DNA of 64,000 nt from an uncultured archaeon (GCA_938083505.1 CALKCF010000007.1:96001-160000), one strand, 5' to 3'. Shown: positions 29,225 through 40,215, numbered from the stretch's first letter. A program made the numbers and translations. Notes: a model not told the origin generated them from the sequence alone.

Positions 29225-31141
29225 TTAAAGAGTGTCGGATTTGAGTTCCTGAATCGCCTTTAATAGCATGCTGTTTATGAGTGCGCCATTAACCCTGCCC
29301 CTGTAATCTTTCATAAGCTTACCCATCAGCTTAGCCACGGCTTTCCTTTCGTCATTAAGAATCTCTTGTTTATGTTCTTTAACGAGTGTCTTAATCTTAT
29401 CCTCCACCTCTGAAGTCGGAGGAGACCAAAGACGGAGCTCCTCTATAATTTGCTCAACATTTTGTCCTTTTTGGGCTACGGCCGTTAAGACATCCCTAAC
29501 AGCTTCCTTCGCGACCTTACCACATGACACGAGTTCAAAGAATCTCATCATGTGCGCTTTGGTTATCTTCTCAATATTAATTCCATCCCTCCTTAAACTT
29601 CTGAGCAGTTCCGTCAACGTAGAGGCCACAAGAGTGGGGGGTGCTCCGGTTTTTGAGACGATGTCCTCGAAATCTTCAACCACCTCACTGTCTATAAGGT
29701 CATTTGCAAGCTGCTTGCTAAGCCCATACCTCTCTACGAGTTGTTGAGCCGTCGTGTCCAAAGTGGGTGGAAGCCTTGCTTTTAGAGACTCAATATAATC
29801 TTGTGAAATTACAATTGGTGGTATGTCAGTCTCTGGATACATCCTTGCTGAGCCCGGCCTCGGCCTCATATAAACGGTTGTCCCATCAGGTCTTGCTGCC
29901 CTAGTTTCTTCAGGCACACCGTCCAAGGCTTCCACAGCTCTTTCTTTAATAACATTTATTGCATCTAATGCTTTGCCTTCTTCAGCTGCCACTATGACCA
30001 CAGCATCGGATTCTCCAGCATGCGTTACATCTCTGAGAACCTTGACTTCCTCAACTGTTATTCCATAATTAGGGAGCTCATCCGTATGGAATATACCTTC
30101 TACTTCGCTCCATACCTTTACCCTTCCTGCAATCTCTGCACCGAGTCTTATACCGGGCGAGGGGTGTAGAGCCAACAATCCAGCAAATCCCTTTAATACT
30201 ATTGCGTATACAACGCCGCCCGCCTCGATCTGTCTTTTGATTACCCTGCTGGAAGTTTTAGAAAATATGGAGGTAACATCAACTGGTTTTGCGCCCCAGA
30301 TATCTTCTTTTTTAACACCACGCTTCAACAATTCCTCTTTTATCCACAAAAGATGCATCTGCCGCTTAACTTCGTTTTCCACAACCTTCTGGATGAGCTC
30401 AAGTTCTTGGACACCTTTTATCTCAACTGGTGCTCCACCTCGGATTGATATATTCAAATCTTGTCTGACGGTCCCTATACCTCTCTTAACTTTACCCGTT
30501 GCCCTTAATATCCTCCCTATGGCATAAGCTACTTCTATGGCCTCTTCAGGTGATTCAATGACGGGTTCTGTCGAAACTTCTATCAATGGTATGCCGAGTC
30601 TTGATAGGTCGTAATGAACCTCGTCCTTTCTAACCTCTATTATCCTAGCGGCATCTTCCTCGAGCGTTATTGCTTGTATGGGTATTATTTTGTTCTTTAT
30701 CTTTATTTGTCCTCCTATTGCGACTACACACGTGCGCTGGAACCCTGTCGTGTTAGAACCGTCTATGACTATCTTACGCATTACATGCACCTCATCAACC
30801 GGTTTAGAGTCAAGTAAAAGAGCAACTGTAAGGGCCACTTCAAGAGCCTCAGGATTTAAGTTATGCGGAGGTTCCTCGTCCATCTCGACCAGGCAAACAT
30901 TTTTGAGATCTGCATGGTAGATTATCGTCTTTCTTTTTCTTGATTCAAACATTGCAGCTGCGTCTACCATACCCAATTCGCTTTGAACTTCTCTCAGCCT
31001 TCTCATGAAAGTTATGCTTTCTGCACCTTCAACAGCCTCCGTAGGACAGTCGCAAAACAACTTCTTTTTTGTGTTTAGTTGCCTATGTATCTCCAGACCG
31101 ACTTTTAACCCTACTTTCGAGTAATCCTCCATATTCACCAC
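29225..31141 (-). CDS. gatE: Glu-tRNA(Gln) amidotransferase subunit E
   Basis: GLKVGLEIHRQL, MRKIVIDGSNTTGFQRT, RPRPGSARMYPETD. Confidence 0.96.
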   Translation of the reverse strand: MVNMEDYSKVGLKVGLEIHRQLNTKKKLFCDCPTEAVEGAESITFMRRLREVQSELGMVDAAAMFESRKRKTIIYHADLKNVCLVEMDEEPPHNLNPEALEVALTVALLLDSKPVDEVHVMRKIVIDGSNTTGFQRTCVVAIGGQIKIKNKIIPIQAITLEEDAARIIEVRKDEVHYDLSRLGIPLIEVSTEPVIESPEEAIEVAYAIGRILRATGKVKRGIGTVRQDLNISIRGGAPVEIKGVQELELIQKVVENEVKRQMHLLWIKEELLKRGVKKEDIWGAKPVDVTSIFSKTSSRVIKRQIEAGGVVYAIVLKGFAGLLALHPSPGIRLGAEIAGRVKVWSEVEGIFHTDELPNYGITVEEVKVLRDVTHAGESDAVVIVAAEEGKALDAINVIKERAVEALDGVPEETRAARPDGTTVYMRPRPGSARMYPETDIPPIVISQDYIESLKARLPPTLDTTAQQLVERYGLSKQLANDLIDSEVVEDFEDIVSKTGAPPTLVASTLTELLRSLRRDGINIEKITKAHMMRFFELVSCGKVAKEAVRDVLTAVAQKGQNVEQIIEELRLWSPPTSEVEDKIKTLVKEHKQEILNDERKAVAKLMGKLMKDYRGRVNGALINSMLLKAIQELKSDTL

Positions 31142-32475
31142 GAGCCAGTATTGGGCAAACTTCTCGAATAAATCTCTCCGGCGATATTCGTCAGCATAAG
31201 TTTTTTAACTTCATCCAATTCGGCACCGTCAGCAAGGTTGCCGAATGTCCACATAAGCTTAACGAGTGCAACCTCGGATAGCATGTCATCAAGCGGAACC
31301 ACACCTGCTTTTTGTAAATCCCTGCCACTATCATATACATTCATATTGACCCTTCCGAACTTACACTGAGATGTCATACCTATGAATATGCCATCCTTCG
31401 TTAGCTCCCTTATAACTGGTACCCAATCTGAGGAAACATGCCCTAATCCTGTCCCCTCTATTATGAAACCCTTTGTTCCCTTCTCGGCTAGAATTGTTAG
31501 TATGTCGGGTTTCATGGATGGGAAGAACTTAATGAGAAATGCTCTCTCATCAAACTTTGGTTTATAGATATACTCACTAGACCCCCTTGGGTTTAGATCG
31601 TTAGCCACTATCTTAAGCTCACCATGCTGATAGTAAGCAATTGGTTGCGAATTTACTGAACGGAAGGCATCCCTGCTACTTGTATGTAGCTTGATGACCC
31701 TAGTACCCCTATGTATGGCTATAACGTCGTCGGAGTGCCATTTATGCATAGCAACAACAACTTCACCGAAAGGCGCTCTGGCTGCTGTTGCGACAGCTGC
31801 AATTAAGTTAGTAGCAGCATCGCTTGAAGGTCTGTCCGAAGACCTTTGCGCACCAACAAGAACGATTGGAATAGGTGGCCTCTGGAGTGCGAAGCTAAGT
31901 GCCGCAGCCGTATATCCCATAGTATCTGTGCCATGCGTTAAGACCACACCATCTATGCTTTTACGAATAAAGCGGTCTATAGCTTCGGCCATTCCGATCC
32001 AATGTTGAATGCGAACGTTCTCACTAAACACGTTATATAGCGCCTCGGTGTTTATATTCGCGATTTCTACAAGTTCGGGAATTATTGCTAGAAGATCGTT
32101 CGCGTCTAAAGCGGGCCTAACTGCTCCAGTCCTATATTCTACTCTGCTGGCTATAGTTCCGCCTGTACTGATTATGACAACATTTGGAAGGTCACTTACA
32201 GTTTGTGGTTTAGGCAGTCGCACGAACGTCGGCTTTACTCCAGCAGAAATTTTAGATATAGTGGTACTCTCTGTCACCCTTATGCCTATGTTATAGCCAT
32301 TAGGCAGTTTTAGCGTTATGTGTTTTGGGTCTGCCAGCTCGTATCTAACCATCAGTATACCTCTATATCTTCTGCCGTTTGATACTACCTCGACTTCATC
32401 TCCGACACTTACGTTTTCCCGCTCTAGAAGTTCCTTTATAATGCCTGAGTATCCATGCAACTCTGATGCATTCAT
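31135..32475 (-). CDS. gatD: Glu-tRNA(Gln) amidotransferase subunit D
   Basis: KLPNGYNIG, TGGTIASRV, HGTDTM, GAQRSSDRPSSD. Confidence 0.96.
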   Translation of the reverse strand: MNASELHGYSGIIKELLERENVSVGDEVEVVSNGRRYRGILMVRYELADPKHITLKLPNGYNIGIRVTESTTISKISAGVKPTFVRLPKPQTVSDLPNVVIISTGGTIASRVEYRTGAVRPALDANDLLAIIPELVEIANINTEALYNVFSENVRIQHWIGMAEAIDRFIRKSIDGVVLTHGTDTMGYTAAALSFALQRPPIPIVLVGAQRSSDRPSSDAATNLIAAVATAARAPFGEVVVAMHKWHSDDVIAIHRGTRVIKLHTSSRDAFRSVNSQPIAYYQHGELKIVANDLNPRGSSEYIYKPKFDERAFLIKFFPSMKPDILTILAEKGTKGFIIEGTGLGHVSSDWVPVIRELTKDGIFIGMTSQCKFGRVNMNVYDSGRDLQKAGVVPLDDMLSEVALVKLMWTFGNLADGAELDEVKKLMLTNIAGEIYSRSLPNTGSW

Positions 32476-32562
32476 GCAGTCCGACTTACGCTTTATTTAC
32501 ACGATATATTAACTTATTGTGTTACGAAAGTTTTTATAAGAATTGTTACAGGTATTCTCGAA

Positions 32563-33753
32563 ATGTGTACGAAGAGAACGTCCAGTAAAGCTCATAAGAT
32601 AACCCAAGAAGGTGCCTTTGCAGTTCTTGCAAAAGCAAAGGAGGTTGAAGCAAAGGGGAAGAATGTGATACATATGGAGATTGGCGAACCGGATTTTGAC
32701 ACACCAGAGAATATAAAGAGGGCGGCCATCGATGCTCTGTTAAAGGGTGCAACACACTATACACCGACGCCTGGTATGCCAGAACTCAGAAAGGCTATTG
32801 CAGAGAAAGTCTCCGCCGATTTAGATGTTAACGTTGATTGGAAGAATGTGCTTGTAACCCTTGGATGTAAAGAGGCAATATTCGCATCCATAATGTCGGT
32901 CGTGGATAATGGTGATGAAGTAATATATCCAAATCCAGGGTATCCTGCATACGAATCAATCACAGCATATGCAGGTGGAAAACCCGTGCCGTTAAGGTTG
33001 AACGAAAATAACGAATTTAGAATGACGCCTGAAGAGGTTAATGAACTAATGACCGACAGAACAAAGGCAATAATTATTAATTCACCCCATAACCCATGCG
33101 GCTCAGTTCTGAGGAAAGAGGATGTAAAAGGTATTGTGGAGATTGCGGAAGATAGGAACGCATTTGTGATATCTGACGAAATATATTATCCTATCTTATT
33201 TGATGGGCTGAAGCACTACTCACCGTTACCGTTTGCAAAAAAGGACAACGTAATATTAGTGGATGGTTTTTCTAAAAGGTACGCAATGACCGGTTGGAGG
33301 CTTGGGTATGCAGTAGTTCCCTCAGACCTCGTTGAGCCTATGACTAAACTATTGAATAACATGACCTCATGTCCTAGCCAATTCGTTCAGTATGCAGGTA
33401 TAGAGGCGCTTAAGGGACCCCAAGATTCCGTAAAGCGAATGGTGAAGGCATACGAAGGACGGAGGAACGTGGTGATTGAAGAGTTAAAGAAGATAGATAA
33501 CATCACATACCTAAGACCTCAGGGTGCGTTTTACGCGTTCGTTAACGTTCAAAGGATTTTATCACGCGTCGATATGAACTCCGAACAACTCGTCACTAGG
33601 TTGATCGAAGATTATGGTGTGGCTGTCCTTCATGGCTCGTCCATGGGCTCATATGGTGAAGGTTTTATAAGGATTAGCTTTGCAAATTCTGTCGAAAACC
33701 TAATCGAAGGTATATCTAGACTTGAAAGAGCGTTTAACGAGATGCTAAGATAG
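32563..33753 (+). CDS. Class I/II PLP-dependent aminotransferase (aspartate aminotransferase-like)
   Basis: IGEPDF, NSPHNPCG, SDEIY, GFSKRYAMTGWRLG. Confidence 0.93.
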   Translation: MCTKRTSSKAHKITQEGAFAVLAKAKEVEAKGKNVIHMEIGEPDFDTPENIKRAAIDALLKGATHYTPTPGMPELRKAIAEKVSADLDVNVDWKNVLVTLGCKEAIFASIMSVVDNGDEVIYPNPGYPAYESITAYAGGKPVPLRLNENNEFRMTPEEVNELMTDRTKAIIINSPHNPCGSVLRKEDVKGIVEIAEDRNAFVISDEIYYPILFDGLKHYSPLPFAKKDNVILVDGFSKRYAMTGWRLGYAVVPSDLVEPMTKLLNNMTSCPSQFVQYAGIEALKGPQDSVKRMVKAYEGRRNVVIEELKKIDNITYLRPQGAFYAFVNVQRILSRVDMNSEQLVTRLIEDYGVAVLHGSSMGSYGEGFIRISFANSVENLIEGISRLERAFNEMLR

Positions 33754-34434
33754 TAGCCTAGCCTCAAATACTACGGCCGTCCAGCAAGGCCTCATGTACT
33801 TATCGTACACTATGCTGGCGTTCGGTAGTTTAGCTATGTAGGTCTCCAAATTTTTCAAAAGTTTGCTGAAAGTAACGATTATGTATCCCATGCATTTATA
33901 ACTCATGCCTAACTGGACGAACGTCTTAGTCGTTATGTCTATGCCGACTATTGATATTGTCGGAATTATGAGTCTGCCACCCGGTCTCAGGTGTTCCTTC
34001 GCACCTTTTAAAACAGTGTTCAAAACCATCCTACCATCTGGCCCTCCATATGTCTCGGGTTTCAATGGTTTTGGCGACGGAGTCATGGGTGGATTTGAAA
34101 TTATTACGTCAAAGTATTCGTCTTCTACAGGCTCGTAAAGATTTCCTTGTCTAACATCGATATTATATGCGGCGTTCAGCTCTGCGTTAGCTTTTGCCAT
34201 CGCTACAGCATCGGGTGAAATATCCGTAGCCACACAACTTCTAGCACCAAGCTTAGATGCTACTATCGCCAAAAAGCCGCTACCAGTGCCTAAGTCTAAA
34301 ACATGCTCATCACCTTTTAAGGTGATACAGCTCGCAATCAACTTCGAGACGGCTAATGGTCGGTAAACCCTTTTGTCATCGTAAAGCTTAATCGTCAGGT
34401 TGCCGACCTTTACCGTCATTAGTCTCCTGTACAT
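33745..34434 (-). CDS. HemK/PrmC-like class I SAM methyltransferase
   Basis: VLDLGTGSG, ISNPP, YGGPDG, LRPGG. Confidence 0.85.
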   Translation of the reverse strand: MYRRLMTVKVGNLTIKLYDDKRVYRPLAVSKLIASCITLKGDEHVLDLGTGSGFLAIVASKLGARSCVATDISPDAVAMAKANAELNAAYNIDVRQGNLYEPVEDEYFDVIISNPPMTPSPKPLKPETYGGPDGRMVLNTVLKGAKEHLRPGGRLIIPTISIVGIDITTKTFVQLGMSYKCMGYIIVTFSKLLKNLETYIAKLPNASIVYDKYMRPCWTAVVFEARLLS

Positions 34435-34550
34435 GGCCGAGCTAACTATGGTTTGGTATCACGATTACCCTTCTATATGTTGTACGGATTTATAGTTAAG
34501 CTTTAAGGATGACTAAAAACACGGTAGAATATGAGAAGAGAAGACAGGCA

Positions 34551-34557
34551 TATAAAT
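34551..34557 (+). promoter_or_regulatory. TATA box of tRNA-Ala
   Basis: TATAAAT 25-31 nt upstream of the tRNA, preceded by purine-rich sequence. Confidence 0.5.
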
Positions 34558-34581
34558 AAGATGTACTTGAAGTTTTATACA

Positions 34582-34655
34582 GGGCCGGTAGCTCAGTCTG
34601 GAAGAGCACTCGGTTTGCACCCGAGAGGTCCGGGGTTCAAATCCCCGCCGGTCCA
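34582..34655 (+). tRNA. tRNA-Ala (TGC)
   Basis: GGGCCGG/CCGGTCC acceptor with G3:U70, anticodon arm CTCGG-TTTGCAC-CCGAG, T-loop GGTTCAAATCC; followed by an oligo-T tract. Confidence 0.96.
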
Positions 34656-34781
34656 TTTTTTAAGTGAATCCTTTAACTGAATGAAGGTTAAAAGAACGGA
34701 AAGAGAAATCCCATTACAAATAGATGTAGTGGGCGGATAGACATCTTCTTACATTGCAGAAAAATTCCGAATCCATTCCTC

Positions 34782-36803
34782 CTATGCTGCAAAACGTGAA
34801 CTTTTTCTCTTAATGTAGTGTGCAAGCATGGCCATCATTACGGCAGCCGAAAGCGCATCGTAAATAAGGTCGATATAGTTGTTTGAGTATTTAATTTCAA
34901 TATCAACATCGTCTTTAACACTCTTCATTTCGAATAAGATAAAGTTAGGACCTACGACTCTCGATGATAACTTCTTGCCGTTAGCGTATGCTACCCATCT
35001 ATTATCGTAGTTCGTCTTGAAGAGTAAACTGTATTCACCATCAAGGTTGTATGCCCTTATCTTTATCAGGTTGTCATTTTCTATGGTATATTGAAAAGTT
35101 ACACTTTCATCACAGTTATCAACTAACTCCAAGTAAGACCGAAGGTCTTCGAGGTCGAAAAGGTTGTCTATGATGGGGATCTGACCCCCTGTTCTGACGA
35201 GTTGTAGGGGTTCAGGACAACTTAATGGAACCTCGTATATCCTGACGCCGTCAACTTCCTTCACCAACCTCAGAACTCCCTCAAACTTTTCGGGATAAAG
35301 ATAATCTTTGTAAGGAAGCGAGGCCCAGGGCATGTCGACCACCACGTATCTTATGTTATAGGCTTTTAACCAAAGAAGGATTAACGAGGAGTTTCGATTT
35401 GTGTTGATAAAGTAACTTAAATGCGACCAAAGCAGATTGAAACTTCCAGAAAGATCATACCCGCCCCTCAGTTGAGGGACATCGGTGAAAACGTTTATCC
35501 AGAACGCTATGGAACCCGTTGCGTATACCCTCGGGCCGAACCTGTTATCGAATAGTACATCAAGCTCTTCAGCAACCCGTCTCTCAATAGAGTGCTCGAG
35601 GTCACCAGACCTCAAGACGGTCCAACAGTTTGTCAGACCATTTAAGAAGCTAACCAGCACTACTACCGAAAGTAGGATGGCTATTATGATCGTCGATCTT
35701 CTCTTCAACTTCACGAATGTAGTCACCAGAGAAGAGCTTACTAATCCGCAAAGGAAGGCATCAAACTCAGACCCATATCTAACGGCTTGTGGGAGGAGCC
35801 CTATGCTAGCGAACCTGTTTGATAAGGTCACCATAAGAAAAAACAACGTGAGCAATAAAGATGTTGCTATAAAGGGCTTATTTTTGGAATGAACATACTT
35901 TGAAGCCGCATAAGAAGCTGCAAGGATCACTATGACTGTAATGATGAGTGGAAGGGTCAGCGGAGCACCCTCCATCGTCATCTGAGCATATATTATAGCA
36001 GCCTGTATGTACTCTGGGTCGTATGCAAAGATTCCAAGACCTATGGCCAGCAAGTACGCTAAGATGAGCCTCTTAATAGCACCCCAACCCTCTAGCACGG
36101 CTATACCGATAATTATCACCGCAAGTGAGACAGCCGCTATTAGGTTGGTTAGGTTGACAAAACATATCGCGAAGGGTAAAAAGATACCATAAATCTTCTT
36201 TCTTTTAACGGTATAATGGTAGAATAAGGCGGACGTTAGGAGTGCCAGTGCTAAGCCGAGTATATGTGGTGTTTCACCGTAAAGAGCAGTAACAGTCACA
36301 TAATCTGGGTAAGGCGGAAAATTCGGGAACTCGTATATCGTCCTATGGGCTGAAGGTAACGTTACATAGAATAAACTCGTTAGAAATGCAGCGACATGCG
36401 AGACGGATAATCTCCAGGCGAATACGTAAAGGGCTAGCGGTAGAAATATAAGTGAGAACGCGGCAACTCTTCTGTAAGCTTCCTCAACACCTACGTTAAG
36501 TACAAAGGAAAACGCGTTGATTATGTAGAGAAAGCCGGGAGAGTAGGACAGCTTGAAGGGATAGCCGCCGTACCATAGGGGTTGCCATCCTGTAATCGGA
36601 AAGTTATCGCGCAAAAACTTCGACTGTGTTATGTACGCCCCTTCTATGGACGCAAAGTTCCATGTATATTTTCCGAAGAACAATGGATGAGCTTGGAGTA
36701 AAGCAAGGATCACGATCGAGATTATGAAGAGTATTGGAACGTATCGTTTCCAGTCAGACATGTTAAAATGTACTGAATGCTTGACCAAAAAGTTTTTGAT
36801 CAA
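34782..36803 (-). CDS. Polytopic membrane protein, PTPS-related/YfhO-like (probable GT-C fold)
   Basis: WQPLWYGGYPF..YSP motif, more than 10 TM segments, C-terminal NYDNRWVAYANG and a terminal TM helix. Confidence 0.65.
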   Translation of the reverse strand: MIKNFLVKHSVHFNMSDWKRYVPILFIISIVILALLQAHPLFFGKYTWNFASIEGAYITQSKFLRDNFPITGWQPLWYGGYPFKLSYSPGFLYIINAFSFVLNVGVEEAYRRVAAFSLIFLPLALYVFAWRLSVSHVAAFLTSLFYVTLPSAHRTIYEFPNFPPYPDYVTVTALYGETPHILGLALALLTSALFYHYTVKRKKIYGIFLPFAICFVNLTNLIAAVSLAVIIIGIAVLEGWGAIKRLILAYLLAIGLGIFAYDPEYIQAAIIYAQMTMEGAPLTLPLIITVIVILAASYAASKYVHSKNKPFIATSLLLTLFFLMVTLSNRFASIGLLPQAVRYGSEFDAFLCGLVSSSLVTTFVKLKRRSTIIIAILLSVVVLVSFLNGLTNCWTVLRSGDLEHSIERRVAEELDVLFDNRFGPRVYATGSIAFWINVFTDVPQLRGGYDLSGSFNLLWSHLSYFINTNRNSSLILLWLKAYNIRYVVVDMPWASLPYKDYLYPEKFEGVLRLVKEVDGVRIYEVPLSCPEPLQLVRTGGQIPIIDNLFDLEDLRSYLELVDNCDESVTFQYTIENDNLIKIRAYNLDGEYSLLFKTNYDNRWVAYANGKKLSSRVVGPNFILFEMKSVKDDVDIEIKYSNNYIDLIYDALSAAVMMAMLAHYIKRKSSRFAA

Positions 36804-36811
36804 GAGAATGC

Positions 36812-37546
36812 TTAGCGGTACAAACTACGCAAAGAGCTTATGAGCGATGGCACGTCTTGCTTAAGCGATAGAACGAACGGTAGGGCTTCTTGCTCTGCTA
36901 GTATTATAGCTAACTCGTCTACGTCCTCAGGTTTCTTAGGTCCGTGGATCACAATCATCCTGGGCTTTATCGGATATATCTTCACAGCGATTATTGGTGA
37001 GCGACCTCTACTGACACCGACGAAGACCAACACCCTCATGGAATTCGTACCGAATAGTTTCAGAAAATCCGTCGCGTCCATGAACTTTATGGCATTCAGG
37101 CTGTCCACGACAGTATATCCGTATACTGGCTGGTTCTGCCCTTCCTTGCCAGCCAGAATTATGCCCTCCACGGCTTCTACAACATCTTTTACGGACTTTG
37201 TCCCAGGAAACTCTGCTATGTCTAAGATTACGTTGCTGAGGTCTTTCGTCGTTGTCGTGAACTTCTTTATATGAACCCCGCCCTTTTTAGAATCTATCTC
37301 TATCAATGCGATGACGAATTTTCTAAGGAAGATAGTTCCTGGTGATTTTCTTCTATTTTTTTCGTAGTCGTTTAAAACCGATGGCGCTATGCCCATATGC
37401 TTGGCCAGCTCGCTCTGGTTAAGCTCGAACAGAAGTCTCCATTTCTTCATCACTTCACCGGGAGTTTTAGAGAGTATGATCTCGCCAGCTATCCTATTCA
37501 TTAGGGCCTCTTCTGACGCTCCATACGGGCCAGCTGGGCTATCCAT
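36812..37546 (-). CDS. Archaeal HTH transcriptional regulator (COG1709-like)
   Basis: RIAGEIILS..PG..MKKWR..F...QSELA, RRKSPG, GYTVVDS, GRSPIIA. Confidence 0.85.
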   Translation of the reverse strand: MDSPAGPYGASEEALMNRIAGEIILSKTPGEVMKKWRLLFELNQSELAKHMGIAPSVLNDYEKNRRKSPGTIFLRKFVIALIEIDSKKGGVHIKKFTTTTKDLSNVILDIAEFPGTKSVKDVVEAVEGIILAGKEGQNQPVYGYTVVDSLNAIKFMDATDFLKLFGTNSMRVLVFVGVSRGRSPIIAVKIYPIKPRMIVIHGPKKPEDVDELAIILAEQEALPFVLSLKQDVPSLISSLRSLYR

Positions 37547-37613
37547 TGTCCTGCTATTATGGGTTTTGACCTAAATATATTAATATTCTAGTGCTGAAGT
37601 TAACGCAATTAGG

Positions 37614-38351
37614 ATGCAAAAGAAGAAAAGTGCACATATGAATAGGGTTAAACCACCCGTCGCGATAGAAGTCTCGGATATTTTAAACCTAGCTAGGCTG
37701 GCCATGAGTAGGGTCGACGTCCAACCATTATTTTGGTACTTCAAGTGGAAAAACCGGCCGATACTTGGTTACCTTTCGTCCATACCGTATTGGTACGGAA
37801 ATCTACCGATATTTGCGTATACAAAATTCGACGGTGAATTGAAAAGTTACATAGCATATATGAGTGTCGAGAAAGAGGAGGTTTTGCTGACCAATAGTAA
37901 TGACGACAATCGATACATTTACGGTGCGATTATTGAAACAGAGGACAAGCCTCCGTTTATAACAGAGGCGCTTTCCGGACGTAACATGTTGAAAGAGAAA
38001 CCAATACTCATAAAGGCGGGAAACATAAACTCTTTAATCAGGATGCTGATCATACTGTCGGACACGAATTCTTCACCGCCTCTATGGTACTTTGAATTCA
38101 AGGGCAAGCACGTGATAGGTCTTATGGCTCCGTTCTTTGACTATTATGACGCTAACGCCCTACCGGTTTTCTTCTACGTAGAAAGTGACGCAAAGCCTCC
38201 TGCATCATTCATAAGGTACATCTCGCTCAAAAGCGGAGAAGAAATATCTTACGTACCATGCATAAGCGATATGAAGTACTTCTACGGCAGGATAGTGAAC
38301 GTTAAGTCTATGCCATTCTTTACCAGCCTGGGTTTAGGACACCGTAAGTAA
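37614..38351 (+). CDS. Hypothetical protein made of two tandem homologous domains
   Basis: The halves align: PLFWYFKWKNRPILG...LPIFAY vs PPLWYFEFKGKHVIG...LPVFFY. Confidence 0.75.
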   Translation: MQKKKSAHMNRVKPPVAIEVSDILNLARLAMSRVDVQPLFWYFKWKNRPILGYLSSIPYWYGNLPIFAYTKFDGELKSYIAYMSVEKEEVLLTNSNDDNRYIYGAIIETEDKPPFITEALSGRNMLKEKPILIKAGNINSLIRMLIILSDTNSSPPLWYFEFKGKHVIGLMAPFFDYYDANALPVFFYVESDAKPPASFIRYISLKSGEEISYVPCISDMKYFYGRIVNVKSMPFFTSLGLGHRK

Positions 38352-38427
38352 TTTTATTAATCCTCTTGAATTCTGCTTGTTTCGAATGTTGTAGAAGTTT
38401 TTAGGCATTAACTACAAGATTTTCTTT

Positions 38428-38453
38428 TTTAAAGATAAAGTTTAAAGATAAAG
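38428..38453 (+). repeat. Perfect tandem 13-bp direct repeat (TTTAAAGATAAAG x2)
   Basis: Read directly at 38428-38440 and 38441-38453, upstream of the thermosome gene. Confidence 0.85.
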
Positions 38454-38553
38454 CTCGGACAAAACCTGATAAATGTTGGAATTTTAGCCCAATACGGCGT
38501 TAAAATTTATTAGATGGTTAAGTTAGCCGTTGTTTCTGGAGTGTGAGTATTGT

Positions 38554-40215
38554 ATGGCCTCAGCTGAAGTAGGTGTAGCACAACCAGTTATAATTCTAAA
38601 AGAAGGGACACAAAGGTCTAGGGGTAGGGATGCACAATCCTCAAACATCATGGTTGCAAAAATTATAGCGGAGAGTATGAGGTCGTCGCTTGGACCAAGA
38701 GGAATGGATAAGATGTTAGTTGACAGTTTTGGAGACGTTGTTATAACGAACGACGGTGCCACAATACTCAAGGAGATGGATGTTGAACACCCTGTGGCTA
38801 AAATGCTCGTCGAGGTAGCTAAGGCACAGGACTCTGAGGTTGGTGACGGGACAACTACGGCCGTTGTCTTGGCAGGAGAGCTCCTTGCCAAAGCTGAAGA
38901 ATTGATCGAGAAAGAGGTACATCCAACTGTAATAATCGAGGGGTACCGTAAAGCGGCCATAAAGTCCCTTGAAGTACTCGATGAGATAAGCTACCCGGTA
39001 AGTCCAGACGATAGGGAGACACTAATTAAGGTCGCTAAGACCTCGATAGCAAGCAAGCTCGTATCCGAGGAGGCAGACTACCTATCGAACTTAGCAGTAG
39101 ATGCTGTGCTGAAGGTTGCCGAGAAAGTTGACGGAAAATGGCATGTCGACTTAGATGACATACTACTCGTTAAGAAGAGCGGCCAATCATTACGCGACAC
39201 GAAGCTCGTCGAAGGCATCGTTTTAGATAAAGAAGTAGTTCATCCAGATATGCCGAAAATCGTCAGGAACGCAAAGATAGCAATACTCGACGCACCCCTG
39301 GAAATTGAGAAGACAGAATTCGACGCAAAGCTCCACATTGAAACTCCGGAACAGATGAGGGCTTTCATGAAGCAAGAAGAGGATATGCTGAGGGAGATGG
39401 TTAACAAGATTATATCGGTCGGCGCAAATGTCGTCATCTGTCAAAAGGGTATTGATGACCTAGCGCAGTACTTCCTCGCAAAGGCAGGTATCTTAGCGGT
39501 GCGCAGGGTTAAGAAGTCCGACATGGACAAACTCGCTAAGGCCACAAACGGTAGAGTTATCTCGAGAATCGACGACTTAACACCTGAAGATTTAGGAAAG
39601 GCAGTCCTTGTTGAAGAAAGACGCGTAGGTGAAGATAAGATGGTCTTCATTGAAGGATGTGAGAACCCGAAAGCTATAAGCATACTTATTAGGGGAGGCA
39701 CACAGAGGATAGTTGACGAGGCTGAGCGCTCACTAAAGGATGCGATAAACGTTGTCAAAGATGTTATAGTTGAGGGTAAGGTGGTAGCTGGCGGTGGTGC
39801 TCCTGAAGTAGAGCTGGCTATGAAGCTCCGCGATTATGCAAATACCTTAGCTGGCAAGGAGCAACTAGCCGTGAACAAGTTTGCCGAGGCGTTAGAGATA
39901 GTGCCGTCACAACTCGCCGAGAATGCGGGCATGGACCCGATAGAGACAATAGTTAACCTAACGAGTGAACACAAGAAGGGCATTAAGTGGGCAGGTGTTG
40001 ACGTGTTTAACGCTAAGATAGCGGACATGTTTAAGCAAAACGTCATAGAGCCGTTGCTAGTGAAGAAGCAGACGATAAAGTCAGCAGTCGAGGCTGCTTC
40101 GATGATTCTTAAGATAGACGATATAATTGCTGCATCGAGATTAGAAGAAAAGACTCCAAAGACTGGAAAGGAAGAAGGAAAAGTTGGAGAAGGAGAAGAA
40201 GGATCTTTCGAGTGA
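38554..40215 (+). CDS. ths: Thermosome (group II chaperonin) subunit
   Basis: [31 protein letters not shown]; ATG 38554 preferred over the TTG in the track. Confidence 0.96.
   Translation: MASAEVGVAQPVIILKEGTQRSRGRDAQSSNIMVAKIIAESMRSSLGPRGMDKMLVDSFGDVVITNDGATILKEMDVEHPVAKMLVEVAKAQDSEVGDGTTTAVVLAGELLAKAEELIEKEVHPTVIIEGYRKAAIKSLEVLDEISYPVSPDDRETLIKVAKTSIASKLVSEEADYLSNLAVDAVLKVAEKVDGKWHVDLDDILLVKKSGQSLRDTKLVEGIVLDKEVVHPDMPKIVRNAKIAILDAPLEIEKTEFDAKLHIETPEQMRAFMKQEEDMLREMVNKIISVGANVVICQKGIDDLAQYFLAKAGILAVRRVKKSDMDKLAKATNGRVISRIDDLTPEDLGKAVLVEERRVGEDKMVFIEGCENPKAISILIRGGTQRIVDEAERSLKDAINVVKDVIVEGKVVAGGGAPEVELAMKLRDYANTLAGKEQLAVNKFAEALEIVPSQLAENAGMDPIETIVNLTSEHKKGIKWAGVDVFNAKIADMFKQNVIEPLLVKKQTIKSAVEAASMILKIDDIIAASRLEEKTPKTGKEEGKVGEGEEGSFE

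Noticed and set aside
34660-34700. C/D-box-like words after tRNA-Ala (also at 52090-52180 and 55310-55360)
   Set aside because: The boxes are degenerate and I could not identify rRNA/tRNA-complementary guides; snoscan-type analysis would be needed.
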